Shown here: piece by piece, positions 16,771-25,550 of the stretch
Layout of the letters: each line of letters starts with the position of its first letter
Position numbering within the stretch: position 1 is the first letter of the stretch
Sequence record: DRR378314_1622
Strand: one strand, 5' to 3'
DNA: 35,684 nt
Program-made: the position numbers and the translations under genes
Notes under the pieces: generated by a model
Database searches by the model: none
What the model saw: the letters and a program-made list of their open reading frames with translations, nothing else
Told to the model about the DNA's origin: nothing

Positions 16771-17781
16771 ATGAAGATCGTACTTGTGGCGTTGCTGCTG
16801 GGGATGGTCGCTGCCGCAGCGTTTATTCGTTTTGGCTTGGGGGAAGGGCCAACAGGGGGAAGGTGGGAAACGCTTCGAATTCCCGCTCAACTGGATGGCG
16901 ATTACATTACGGCACTTCAGTATGACGCGGCGACAGGGGAAATCCTGACGGGTTTCGAGTCGGGCCATACGGCGAGTACTGCCCGAAGCGGTAAGTCGCG
17001 GTTCGTTCACGGTCACGACTACCGGGTTGATTATATCTCCGTCAGCCCGGACGGGAGCCTTGTCGCCACGTCTGCAGACGAAACCGTGCTTTGGGACCGC
17101 AAATCCGGCGAAACGAAGGCAACGCTTGCGAAGGTTAGTGGCCCTGTTATCTGGTCTGAGTCTGGGGATGTCCTGTTTGTGCTCCAGCGCGGGGTTGTAA
17201 AAATCTACGATGTTGAACGAAAGCATTTCCATTCTGCTGAAATGCGCTGTCAGGGCTCCGCAACGGCAATTGCCCTGAACCAGGAACAGGGGGTGCTGGC
17301 TGCAGGGTCTTCGACTGGCCGGATCTGTTTGTGGAAAGTCTTGGAGTCCGGGCACTACCGGGGCCTGGATCTGATGGTTGAAAGTGCGGAAACCAGTCGC
17401 CGTAATCACATCAAGGCCTTGGCCTTCTCAAATGGCGGCGATGAGCTACTGTCGGTAACCGTCGTGGAGGGGGTACAGCGCTTTGCAACCGCAGACTTGA
17501 GCCTTATCCAGTCCAAGTCACCCCGGCTCACTCGGGTGACAAATGCCAGCATACTGAACCGGAATGCGGGGTCGGTTGCGCTGACTGGCCGACTCGAATC
17601 CTGGGAGGGCGAGGAGGACTACTTCGTTGAATTGTTCAACCTGAAAACGGGGCAGTCCGAGATTCTGAAGGCTAAAACCAGCACCATGAATCATCTGGCG
17701 ATCACGGAGAACAACAGCCAGTTGGTTGTCGGTAACGTGGTGAAGTACCTGGTGCTGGATATTCCGCCGGCTTTCCGGTGA
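16771..17781 (+). CDS. Membrane-anchored or exported WD40-like beta-propeller protein
   Basis: N-terminal hydrophobic segment. VDYISVSPDGSLVATS....LWD, LAAGSSTGRICLW and IKALAFSNGG repeats. Alternative start at 16744 (TAAATG coupling). Confidence 0.75.
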   Translation: MKIVLVALLLGMVAAAAFIRFGLGEGPTGGRWETLRIPAQLDGDYITALQYDAATGEILTGFESGHTASTARSGKSRFVHGHDYRVDYISVSPDGSLVATSADETVLWDRKSGETKATLAKVSGPVIWSESGDVLFVLQRGVVKIYDVERKHFHSAEMRCQGSATAIALNQEQGVLAAGSSTGRICLWKVLESGHYRGLDLMVESAETSRRNHIKALAFSNGGDELLSVTVVEGVQRFATADLSLIQSKSPRLTRVTNASILNRNAGSVALTGRLESWEGEEDYFVELFNLKTGQSEILKAKTSTMNHLAITENNSQLVVGNVVKYLVLDIPPAFR

Positions 17782-17917
17782 TCGGGCAAGCGAATTTCCG
17801 CAACAGCTTTTGGGAGCCGGGGTTGAATTCACACGCTCTTCCACGCATGTCTGTTGTACGGGACATTTTCAGTGCCGCATTTTCTTCAAACGATTTTGCA
17901 GGGCAATGGGAGGACAC

Positions 17918-18907
17918 ATGGATACGCGAACGTTCGGAAACACAGACATTCAGGTAACACCCGTCGGGCTCGGTACCTGGGCCATCGGTGGCTGGATGTG
18001 GGGCGGAACGGATGAAGCCCAGTCCATCGATACCATCCACAGGGCCATCGACAAGGGGATTGGTCTGGTCGATACGGCCCCGGTGTATGGCTTCGGGCGT
18101 TCCGAAGAGATTGTGGGTAAGGCCCTGGCCAACGGCCGGCGAGATCAGGTTGCGTTGGCCACGAAGGTGGCTCTGAACTGGAACGACGATCAGGATAAAG
18201 TCTGGCGGGATGCCAGTGCGTCGCGCATAGAGCGGGAGGTTGAGGATTCCCTGAAACGGCTCCAGACGGACAGGATTGATATCTACCAGGTCCATTGGCC
18301 GGACCCGAAGACGCCCATGGACGAGACCGCGCGAGCATTGGAAAACCTGCACCAGGCCGGGAAGATCCGCGCTATTGGTGTCAGCAACTTTACGCCCTCG
18401 CAGATGAAAGAGTTGCAGAAGAGTGTGCCCCTGCACAGTTTGCAGCCCCCGTATAACCTGTTTGAACGGGAGATCGAGCAGGAGGTTCTTCCGTATTGCC
18501 GGGAAAACGGCATTGCCACCATCACGTATGGCGGTCTTTGTCGCGGCTTGCTGACCGGCAAGATGCGTGAGGACACGCAGTTCACCGGTGATGATCTGCG
18601 AAAGAACGATCCGAAGTTCCAGGGTGATCGCTATCGCCAATACCTGAACGCAGTGGCTGAGCTGGAGACGTTTGCCCGCGAGCGCTATCAGAAAAGTGTA
18701 CTGGCGCTGGCCCTTCGCTGGCTGGTGGATCAGCCCGGTGTGACAACAGCGCTTTGGGGTGCAAGAAGACCGGAACAGCTTGATCCGGTCGGGGAGATCG
18801 AGGGCTGGTCGTTGGACAAGGAAGCCATGGCAGCAATCGATGACATTCTGATCAGGTGCATTGATGATCCCGTCGGGCCCGAGTTCATGGCGCCCCCGAC
18901 GGGATAA
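17918..18907 (+). CDS. Aldo/keto reductase (YhdN/general stress protein 69-like)
   Basis: GLGTWAIGG, DTAPVYG, ATK, IDIYQVHWPD, GVSNF and QPPYNLFER. RBS GGAGGA before ATG 17918. Confidence 0.95.
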   Translation: MDTRTFGNTDIQVTPVGLGTWAIGGWMWGGTDEAQSIDTIHRAIDKGIGLVDTAPVYGFGRSEEIVGKALANGRRDQVALATKVALNWNDDQDKVWRDASASRIEREVEDSLKRLQTDRIDIYQVHWPDPKTPMDETARALENLHQAGKIRAIGVSNFTPSQMKELQKSVPLHSLQPPYNLFEREIEQEVLPYCRENGIATITYGGLCRGLLTGKMREDTQFTGDDLRKNDPKFQGDRYRQYLNAVAELETFARERYQKSVLALALRWLVDQPGVTTALWGARRPEQLDPVGEIEGWSLDKEAMAAIDDILIRCIDDPVGPEFMAPPTG

Positions 18908-18916
18908 TCGAAAACC

Positions 18917-19558
18917 TCAGGCGTAGGCGAGGGTGAAGCGAGCATTGTGGTGGCTTGGCGCCTCGAGCTCATCGATCATCGCTTTGGCATAGTCTTCGAC
19001 GGAGATGCGGCTTTCGCCGTTGGCATCGGTTAACAGCTGGTTGCTGCCTAACTGGTATTGGCCGGTGCGCTTGCCTGGCGCAATCATTGCTGCCGGCGAT
19101 AACATGGTCCAGGCAACATCATCCTGCGCTTGTAGCTGATTCAGGGCATAACGGGCACCTTCGGCGGTGGCTTTGTATTCCGCCGGGAAGTTGGGGGTGT
19201 CGATAAGCTGCTTACCCGGCGCCACTTCCAGGGAACCGGCCCCGCCTACGACCAGCAAGCGCTTGACGTCTGCCTGCTTGGCGGCGGACAGAATGCTGTC
19301 GAATCCCTTGGCGAAGTAGCCGGCAACGTCCTCCTGGGCGTGGCCGGAGAAGGCGCTGAGCAAGGCATCGAAGCCTTTGAGGTTGTCAGCCAGGGTGCCG
19401 GTCTGCTGCACATCGACCTTCTTGACGGTCAATGCGGGCTGGGCTTCCAGACGTTCCGGCCGGCTAACCAGAGCGGTCACAGTATGGCCGCGACTCAAGG
19501 CTTCGTCTCTCAGGGTTGAGCCGATAAATCCGCTGGCACCGATAATCGCTATATTCAT
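18917..19558 (-). CDS. NAD(P)H-binding oxidoreductase (atypical SDR, flavin-reductase-like)
   Basis: IIGASGFIG, VVGGAGSL, WTMLSP and ISVEDYAKAMIDELE motifs. Confidence 0.92.
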   Translation of the reverse strand: MNIAIIGASGFIGSTLRDEALSRGHTVTALVSRPERLEAQPALTVKKVDVQQTGTLADNLKGFDALLSAFSGHAQEDVAGYFAKGFDSILSAAKQADVKRLLVVGGAGSLEVAPGKQLIDTPNFPAEYKATAEGARYALNQLQAQDDVAWTMLSPAAMIAPGKRTGQYQLGSNQLLTDANGESRISVEDYAKAMIDELEAPSHHNARFTLAYA

Positions 19559-19639
19559 GTTGTGTTCCTCATTGCGTGGTGATTGATGAGGTTATTGTCT
19601 TCGTTGCCATTGATTTGAAAAACATGCCAGTCAATAATT

Positions 19640-19664
19640 CACTGTTATCAATTCAATAACAGTG
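19640..19664. promoter_or_regulatory. LysR recognition box
   Basis: CACTGTTAT-N7-ATAACAGTG perfect inverted repeat containing T-N11-A, between the divergent oxidoreductase and lysR genes. Confidence 0.8.
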
Positions 19665-19669
19665 GTCTT

Positions 19670-20556
19670 ATGATCGACGATATCGACCTCAATGCGTTGC
19701 CTCTGTTCATTGCCACGGTTGAAGCAGGTTCTTTCACTCGCGCCGCCGACCGTCTGGGATGCACCAAGACCAAGATCAGCCTGAATATTCGGGCACTGGA
19801 AAGCCATCTGGGTTTGGCGCTGTTCAACCGCACCACCCGTCAGGTCACCCTTACTGAGGCGGGACAGCAGCTCTATCGAGCCTGCCAGCCTTTACTGGCC
19901 CAGTTGGGAGAATCCCTGAGTGACGCCGGCACCAGCGCACGAGCCCTTGGTGGTACGCTTCGTATTACCGCGCCGGCAGACCATGTGGCGCAGAGTCTGG
20001 CGCCGGCCGCCGCTGCTTTTGGTCAGCTCCACCCGAACCTGACCATTGAACTACGGAGCGGCGACAAGGTGTCGGATATGATCAGCGAGGGCATTGATCT
20101 GGCCATCCGAATGGGTTGGCTAAAAGATTCCAGCCTACGTGCGCAGAAATTGGGGGAGTTTGAACAATCGGTTGTCGCATCCTCCGATTATCTCGATGCG
20201 ATAGGCACACCCACCCGAGTGAACTGAGCCGTCACCGATGGATTGAGTTCACCCCCCTGCCAAGCGCGTTGACCTGGGTGTTCGAGAAAAACGCGGAACG
20301 TATCCAGGTGTCTATGAATAGCCATCTCAAGGTTGATAGCACCAGCGCCTTACGCAGCCTGATTGTGAGTGGGGCGGGATTGTCCGTGCTGGTTGGAAGC
20401 GACCGTGATCAAGATCCGGGCTTGATCACGCTGTTTCCGGACTGGCGGCTCCCATCGGGAGGCATCTACGCCGTTTTTCCGCCGGGTGCGTTCATACCCG
20501 CCAAGGTGCGGATGTTTGTGGATTTTTATCGGGAACGGCTGGCGGGTGCAAAGTAA
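19670..20556 (+). pseudogene. LysR-family regulator split by a frameshift near 20209-20217
   Basis: The HTH and first part of the substrate domain end at TGA 20227. A different frame continues with SELSRHRWIEFTPLPSALTWVF...PAKVRMFVDFYRE to 20556. The joined length is that of a full LysR. Confidence 0.85.
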
Positions 20557-20623
20557 CTGAGCGAGGTCCCATCATGTTCGCACGGATGGGAGGACCGAGC
20601 CTATCGGCAGCTCTGATCGCTTG

Positions 20624-20740
20624 TTATTTCAGAGCATGCAAGTCTTGTGGCCCACAGAGCACTCGTGACGGTGCGAGGCCAGTCATATTCTGGAACAGCC
20701 TGCTGAGGTGGGCGGCGTCGTGCAGGCCTGCGCTGGCGTT
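20624..20740 (-). pseudogene. 3' remnant of an AraC-family regulator gene
   Basis: ASAGLHDAAHLSRLFQNMTGLAPSRV matches the AraC C-terminal HTH (AGF.D.AH.SR.F....G..PS). No upstream part of the gene is present. Confidence 0.65.
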
Positions 20741-21126
20741 TCTCGCCTTTGTTGGGAATCTGGGGAGGTTAGGGCGGCCGCGCTTTCTTCGAGCCTTTTT
20801 TGTTCCTGGCCGAGCAGGAGGCTGACCTGTTTCAGCTCCCGGATTCTGTTTTCCACCGCGGCCTTTTTCTCGGCCATCAGCAAAGCGCCCCGTGCGCAAT
20901 CAATGCTGTCGCTACGCAGGGCATTGAGTATTTCTCGGATTTCCCCCAGGGAAAACCCGAGTGCCTTGAGCTGGCGCACCATGGCGACTCGTTCCACAGC
21001 TTTCTGCGGGTAGTCCCGGTAATTGTTACCGCGCCGCACGACTTCCTGCAGAAGGCCGGCCTTTTCGTAATAACGCAGGGTGTGGCGGTTAACGCCGGTG
21101 CGCTGCTCCAGTTCCGCGATCTGCAT
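20683..21126 (-). CDS. MerR-family transcriptional regulator
   Basis: MQIAELEQRTGVNRHTLRYYEKAGLL, NNYRDY, LGFSLGEI and a coiled coil. The C-terminal tail overlaps the araC remnant. Confidence 0.92.
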   Translation of the reverse strand: MQIAELEQRTGVNRHTLRYYEKAGLLQEVVRRGNNYRDYPQKAVERVAMVRQLKALGFSLGEIREILNALRSDSIDCARGALLMAEKKAAVENRIRELKQVSLLLGQEQKRLEESAAALTSPDSQQRRETPAQACTTPPTSAGCSRI

Positions 21127-21146
21127 AACACTCTCTCAACCGGATG

Positions 21147-21188
21147 TTGACCTTAGGGTAATGACCTTAGGGTATTGACCTTAGAGTG
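21147..21188 (+). repeat. 14-bp tandem repeat x3 at the MerR-regulated promoter
   Basis: TTGACCTTAGGGTA / ATGACCTTAGGGTA / TTGACCTTAGAGTG. Confidence 0.9.
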
Positions 21189-21206
21189 TACTCTAACCTT
21201 TAAGGT
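21175..21206 (+). promoter_or_regulatory. MerR-type sigma70 promoter with elongated spacer and dyad operator
   Basis: -35 TTGACC (21175-21180), a 20-bp spacer containing TTAGAGT-GT-ACTCTAA, and -10 TAAGGT (21201-21206). Confidence 0.85.
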
Positions 21207-21235
21207 CATGGCAGACCTCACCAAGGAGACCTGCC

Positions 21236-22288
21236 ATGACCATACTTGTTACCGGTGCCACCGGCTTTATCGGCCGCTACGTCTGCGCCCAGTTAACCCC
21301 CAATCACGATCTGTGTGCTGTATTGCGTCAACCTGAGACCCAGCTCCCTATCCTGCGCCGAGAGGTGAATGCCCTGGGCGGTCAGGGCGATCGCCTGCAT
21401 GCCGTGCAAGGAGACCTGGAGTTACCCGGGTTGGGCCTTCCGGAAGCCCTGCCTTCCCCACGGGCCATCATTCATTTGGGGGCTCGCTTTGCCTGGCAGC
21501 TGGACTCCGCCAGTGCCCGTCGCACCAATGTGGACGGTAGTCTGGCGGTGGCCGAACTGGCCCGGCGTCATCGTAGCCGCCTGGTGTTTATTAGCGGTTT
21601 CATGCTGGAAAACCACGACCACCTGAAGCGGCTGGGTATTAACGATGAGGACCCGGATCGGGTGGACTGGCGAAGGGTTTACCGCCAGGCCGGTGGGTAT
21701 GAGGCCAGCAAACTGGAAGCGGCGATTCGGGTTCGGGCCCTGGCACGGGCGACCGATCTGGCCCTTGTAGAGGTTCAGCCTGCTACGGTCGCTGGCCACA
21801 GCCGCACGGGCAACCTCGATATCAACCAGCCGTTGTTTGCCTTGCTCAATAACCTGGCTCGGGGGCGCCTGGCTTTGGTCCCTGGCAGCCCTGAGCACTG
21901 GCTGCCCCTGGTGGCGGTGGATACTCTGGCCTCGCTGATTGCTGTTGCCGCCACCAGTGATAACGTTCCGGACCGGTTGTTGGCTCTGGATTCGGCCACC
22001 CCTAACTTACAGGGTCTGCTTGCCATCGCCGCCGATATACTGGGCCGGCGGGCACCGCAGCACCACCTGCCAATTCCGGTATTGGCGGCCCTGCTGCGTT
22101 TGCCCGGCCTGCCTCGGTTGATGAATACCTGGCCGGAGGCGCTAAACTTTATTCAGCCGACTCGCTTCGACACCAAACGCACCGAGACCTTCCTGCAGGA
22201 GATGGGGATAGCGCCCCCCTCCATGGAGTCGGTTATCGCCGCCAGTGCGGCGTTCATTGGACAGTCTCGATATTCGGCAAGATCCTGA
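21236..22288 (+). CDS. Extended SDR / NAD-dependent epimerase-dehydratase (thioester-reductase-like)
   Basis: VTGATGFIG, GDL..PGLGL, IIHLGA, NVDGS and YEASK motifs. Confidence 0.88.
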   Translation: MTILVTGATGFIGRYVCAQLTPNHDLCAVLRQPETQLPILRREVNALGGQGDRLHAVQGDLELPGLGLPEALPSPRAIIHLGARFAWQLDSASARRTNVDGSLAVAELARRHRSRLVFISGFMLENHDHLKRLGINDEDPDRVDWRRVYRQAGGYEASKLEAAIRVRALARATDLALVEVQPATVAGHSRTGNLDINQPLFALLNNLARGRLALVPGSPEHWLPLVAVDTLASLIAVAATSDNVPDRLLALDSATPNLQGLLAIAADILGRRAPQHHLPIPVLAALLRLPGLPRLMNTWPEALNFIQPTRFDTKRTETFLQEMGIAPPSMESVIAASAAFIGQSRYSARS

Positions 22289-22336
22289 AATCTGTCCTAC
22301 CATTGAGAAACTGTCCCCTCATTCAAGGAATGAGTC

Positions 22337-22771
22337 ATGAGTATGATCAATAGTACCCAACGCCTCTTGCTGAGTTCGGTTCTTGCTACATCAATGGTTG
22401 CTGGCGCCCATGGAGCGACACCTGCGCCCGACGGAGCGGCGGTGTATTTTATTACGCCACTTGATGGGCAGACTATGAGTTCCCCGGTTACGGTGAGATT
22501 CGGTCTGGACGGGCTGGGTGTGGCGCCGGCGGGTGTAGAACGCAAGGGCACCGGCCACCATCACCTGCTTGTGGACGTCGACGATCTGCCGTCGATGGGG
22601 CAACCCGTTCCGTCTGATGAGCATCATATTCATTTTGGCGGCGGGCAAACCCAGACGTCCCTGGAGTTGTCGCCGGGTGAGCACACCTTGCAGTTACTGG
22701 TGGGGGATCACCTACACGTACCCCATGAGCCGCCGGTCATGTCCGAGAAGATCACCATCACGGTGGAATAA
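22337..22771 (+). CDS. DUF4399 exported protein
   Basis: Signal peptide, VYFITP.DG, VAPAG...GTGHHHLLVD, HIHFGGGQTQT.LEL.PGEHTLQL..GD..H. Confidence 0.9.
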   Translation: MSMINSTQRLLLSSVLATSMVAGAHGATPAPDGAAVYFITPLDGQTMSSPVTVRFGLDGLGVAPAGVERKGTGHHHLLVDVDDLPSMGQPVPSDEHHIHFGGGQTQTSLELSPGEHTLQLLVGDHLHVPHEPPVMSEKITITVE

Positions 22772-22814
22772 TGGCCCAGACTGGCTCGGGGACAGACGTA
22801 GTCGGCGTGAGTGG

Positions 22815-23777
22815 TTACAGTAAACCCGCTTTGATCATGTCGAATGTGTCCAGAATCCGAGCCACAAACTGATCTTTTGGGCGGAAGCTGCTTTGGGTGC
22901 TCAGTGACACGTCTTTCTTGAGGTGATCCAATAGCTTGTGCAGGCGCCGGCGATGCAAGCCGACTGCCGCCTGAACGGGATCGAAGATAACACCGGATAA
23001 GGCTGCAAAGGCCGCCAGTGCAGCCATTACGGCGACCATAACGCTGGCGGTCGTGGCCAGCGAAGGCTCCGGTGGAAATACGCTGTAGTACCACCCCCCG
23101 ATGGTTTCTCCCAGGATGAAATCCCTGGCGGCCAGGGTCTTAGCGAGCATGGAGGCAAGCACCACTCCGAGCCCGATACCACCCGGCGTAAACTTCTGGA
23201 AGGCAAACGCGCCCAGTACCGTGCATGAAAGGCTGTTGGTGATATCGGCGGATGCTGTTCGGGTCACCCGGTACTGGCTGAGCGCATCGGCGACCAGCGG
23301 CTCGATCAGTTTGCTGAACCGCTGGTGATCGACCGGCTTATAGGTGTGGCGATCATAGACTGCTTCCAGCGCTTCTATCAGGTAGCTCTCCAGGAGCGGG
23401 CCTTCCTGGCCATTGTTCAATAGCTCTATCAGAATCAGGTGCGAGATGTGCTGCTGTACCCGTGTGGTAAATCCAGCGGGCACACTATTTGCCAAACCGT
23501 GCAGCCACATCAGGCCTTTACGTTGGGGGACGAGAATTCTTACGAGGCAGGCCAGGGCGTACACCGGCGCCCACAGTAAATTGATGGGGGCCCGCAACAT
23601 GTCCCATCCCAACGCCATCCGGTTGGTTGCGATGGCTCCGGGGTAATGGAAATGGCGGTCAATAAACGCCGGTACCCGCGCCCGGCAGTCGTCAAAATAG
23701 CGCTCGATACCTGTACGGATTGCCTGTTCTATCTCAATTTCGGAGACGTCTTGTTGGGGCGATGTGATGGTGTGCAT
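22815..23777 (-). CDS. DUF6635-like membrane-associated protein
   Basis: YFDDCRARVPAFIDRHF...ALGWDMLRAPIN and DPVQ...GLHRRRL motifs. Start placed at ATG 23777 because the longer ORF overlaps lysE. Confidence 0.7.
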   Translation of the reverse strand: MHTITSPQQDVSEIEIEQAIRTGIERYFDDCRARVPAFIDRHFHYPGAIATNRMALGWDMLRAPINLLWAPVYALACLVRILVPQRKGLMWLHGLANSVPAGFTTRVQQHISHLILIELLNNGQEGPLLESYLIEALEAVYDRHTYKPVDHQRFSKLIEPLVADALSQYRVTRTASADITNSLSCTVLGAFAFQKFTPGGIGLGVVLASMLAKTLAARDFILGETIGGWYYSVFPPEPSLATTASVMVAVMAALAAFAALSGVIFDPVQAAVGLHRRRLHKLLDHLKKDVSLSTQSSFRPKDQFVARILDTFDMIKAGLL

Positions 23778-23853
23778 AGTGACAGGCGTGCCTGCAGGCA
23801 GTTGAGTATCTGGCGTAGGGTACCACCTGGCAGACAATCCGACGAAGGCCGTG

Positions 23854-24459
23854 CTAACCCAGCACCGGCAGATACACAAACTCATACCCAATCGAACCCG
23901 CCACATAGAACAACAGTGTGGCCATGACACGGTTAAACCACGTGAAGAACCGTGGGTTTTCGATGCGCTTACCCAGGACGTGTCCAACCACGGCGTAGCT
24001 TCCAGGCGCGCCGATCGCCAATACCGTGAGAACCAGGGACCATATGAGAATGCCAGTTCCGTGTATGCCAGCACCCGGGAACTGGATGGTGGCAATGGGC
24101 AAGGTTGCGACCACGCCCTTGGGGTTCAGAAGCTGCAGTATCAGGCCTTGCCGGTATCGCAGGGGGCGATCGGTTGTGGCGGTTTCGCCAAGCGTAACGC
24201 TGGCTTTGAGGATTTTGATGGCGAGGATGGCAATGTACCCGCAGCCCAGCACGCTGATGATGATCAGGCCCTCGCGGCCAATCAGCGCGGAACCGAGCCA
24301 GCCAAACGACAGGAACAACAGGAGCATGGCCGACCCTACCCCGAAATAATACCCGGTGGAGGCTTTGGCGTGGCCGTTTAATCCGGTATTCAGGCCGAGC
24401 AGGTTCACAGGCCCAGGCGTATACATAACGCCTATGGCATAAGCGAAAATTTCAATCAT
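23854..24459 (-). CDS. LysE-family translocator
   Basis: YTPGPVNLL and G..LQLLNPK motifs, about six TM helices. Confidence 0.92.
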   Translation of the reverse strand: MIEIFAYAIGVMYTPGPVNLLGLNTGLNGHAKASTGYYFGVGSAMLLLFLSFGWLGSALIGREGLIIISVLGCGYIAILAIKILKASVTLGETATTDRPLRYRQGLILQLLNPKGVVATLPIATIQFPGAGIHGTGILIWSLVLTVLAIGAPGSYAVVGHVLGKRIENPRFFTWFNRVMATLLFYVAGSIGYEFVYLPVLG

Positions 24460-24492
24460 GGGAGTTCCCTGAGAGCGAGAGTGCTCGGTTCT

Positions 24493-25323
24493 TTAGGAGG
24501 CGATGCTCGCCTGGTATTGCCGGGGCGTCATGCCGTAGATGCGCTTGAAGCGGCGGTTGAAGTGGCTCAGGTCCGCAAAGCCATAGCGGTAGACCACATC
24601 GTTGAGAGAGCCTCCATTGTCCAGCGCATGGCGTGCTGCGTTGATGCGACAGTTCACCACGTATTGGTGCGGGGTAATGCCGAACTGCTTTCGGAACAGT
24701 CGCAGGAAGTGATATTTCGATAGGTTCGCGGCTTCGCTGATGTCTTCCAGGGCCAGGTCCTCGGTGACATGGTTCTGAATGAAATCCCGGGCGCGCTCCA
24801 ACAGAACATCGGCCTTTCGGGCGATGTCGTCAGCTTCAAACCGTCCGGCGCGCTGGGTCACGCGGGAGGCGATCTGGTAGAGCGCGTGTTCCTGTTCTAT
24901 CCGGCTTCCGACTTTGTGGGTAATGAGCCGGGAAAGCTCCAGAATCGCCTGGCGGAGCGTTGGGTCCTGCATCAGGGTTTCGCCTACCCGGAAATCCGTG
25001 GCCTGTTCGCGGCCGGCGGCGTTGGCCACCAGCGGTTCAAGCTCGCTGGCGGGAACGTACACCATGACGTAGCTCAGCGGTTCGTCGCCGCCAGAGCAGC
25101 CATCGTGAACCTCGCCCGGATTAAACTGAATGATGTTGCCGGGCATGCTGCGATGGTTGGTGCCTCCGCTATAAAAGTCCTGGCGTCCGGCAAGGGTAAC
25201 GCCAAAGGAATGTTCTTCGTGCGCGTGGCGGTCGTAGGCAAAACCGTCCATCGCCGCCTGCAGTACGGTTAGATCCGGCAGGTGCTCGCTTTTGATAAAC
25301 CGAAATTGGCTGTCCTGTTCCAC
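24493..25323 (-). CDS. AraC-family regulator with cupin ligand-binding domain
   Basis: YDRHAHEE, FNPGEVHDG, LSKYHFLRLFRK.FGITPHQY and GFADLSHFNRRFKRIYGMTP motifs. Confidence 0.94.
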   Translation of the reverse strand: MEQDSQFRFIKSEHLPDLTVLQAAMDGFAYDRHAHEEHSFGVTLAGRQDFYSGGTNHRSMPGNIIQFNPGEVHDGCSGGDEPLSYVMVYVPASELEPLVANAAGREQATDFRVGETLMQDPTLRQAILELSRLITHKVGSRIEQEHALYQIASRVTQRAGRFEADDIARKADVLLERARDFIQNHVTEDLALEDISEAANLSKYHFLRLFRKQFGITPHQYVVNCRINAARHALDNGGSLNDVVYRYGFADLSHFNRRFKRIYGMTPRQYQASIAS

Positions 25324-25550
25324 CGCAGTCTCCCGGAGACAAGGTTGTGGCCTGATTTATCCACACTGTAGCGCGCTGCAAGGCGAATATCTTGGACAAT
25401 ATTGCTCAGTTTGGTCTTGCACAGACGGATTGTCGTGCAGCTATGGATGGCCCATTCCGGACGCTTCGTTCTCTGCTAAAGTCGAATGAACCTGATTCGA
25501 GAACAGCCTCGTACACAATTCCATAAGTCGAGCCGAAAAAGGAGATTATC

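Noticed and set aside
17810-17917. N-terminal extensions in the ORF track for the aldo/keto reductase (also GST 27576-27713, bufA2 1281-1325, MCP 32274-32327)
   Set aside because: Downstream ATGs match the family N-termini and mostly have clear RBSs.
17702-18640. 312-aa antisense ORF, and similar ones at 8663-9511, 16576-17409, 11855-12535 and 26817-27419
   Set aside because: Each lies almost entirely antisense to a well-supported gene and shows no recognisable domain.
21147-21188. 14-bp repeats as a CRISPR array or iterons
   Set aside because: No spacers, too short, and no cas or rep genes. Better explained as a duplicated promoter unit.
21204-21241. 11-bp inverted repeat GGTCATGGCAG / CTGCCATGACC enclosing the RBS and start of the extended SDR
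   Set aside because: The left arm overlaps the -10 element and lies mostly upstream of the expected transcription start, so an RBS-sequestering mRNA hairpin is unlikely to form.
23778-24095. 106-aa N-terminal extension of the DUF6635-like ORF
   Set aside because: It overlaps lysE in another frame on the same strand and has unnatural composition. ATG 23777 is the more plausible start.
25357-25365. Perfect DnaA box TTATCCACA
   Set aside because: Single copy, with no box cluster, AT-rich unwinding element or replication genes. Compatible with chance.
25390-25423. TCTTGGACA / TCTTGCACA direct repeat upstream of the cupin AraC
   Set aside because: It could be an AraC site, but there are only two short copies at 25-bp spacing, which is too weak to call.
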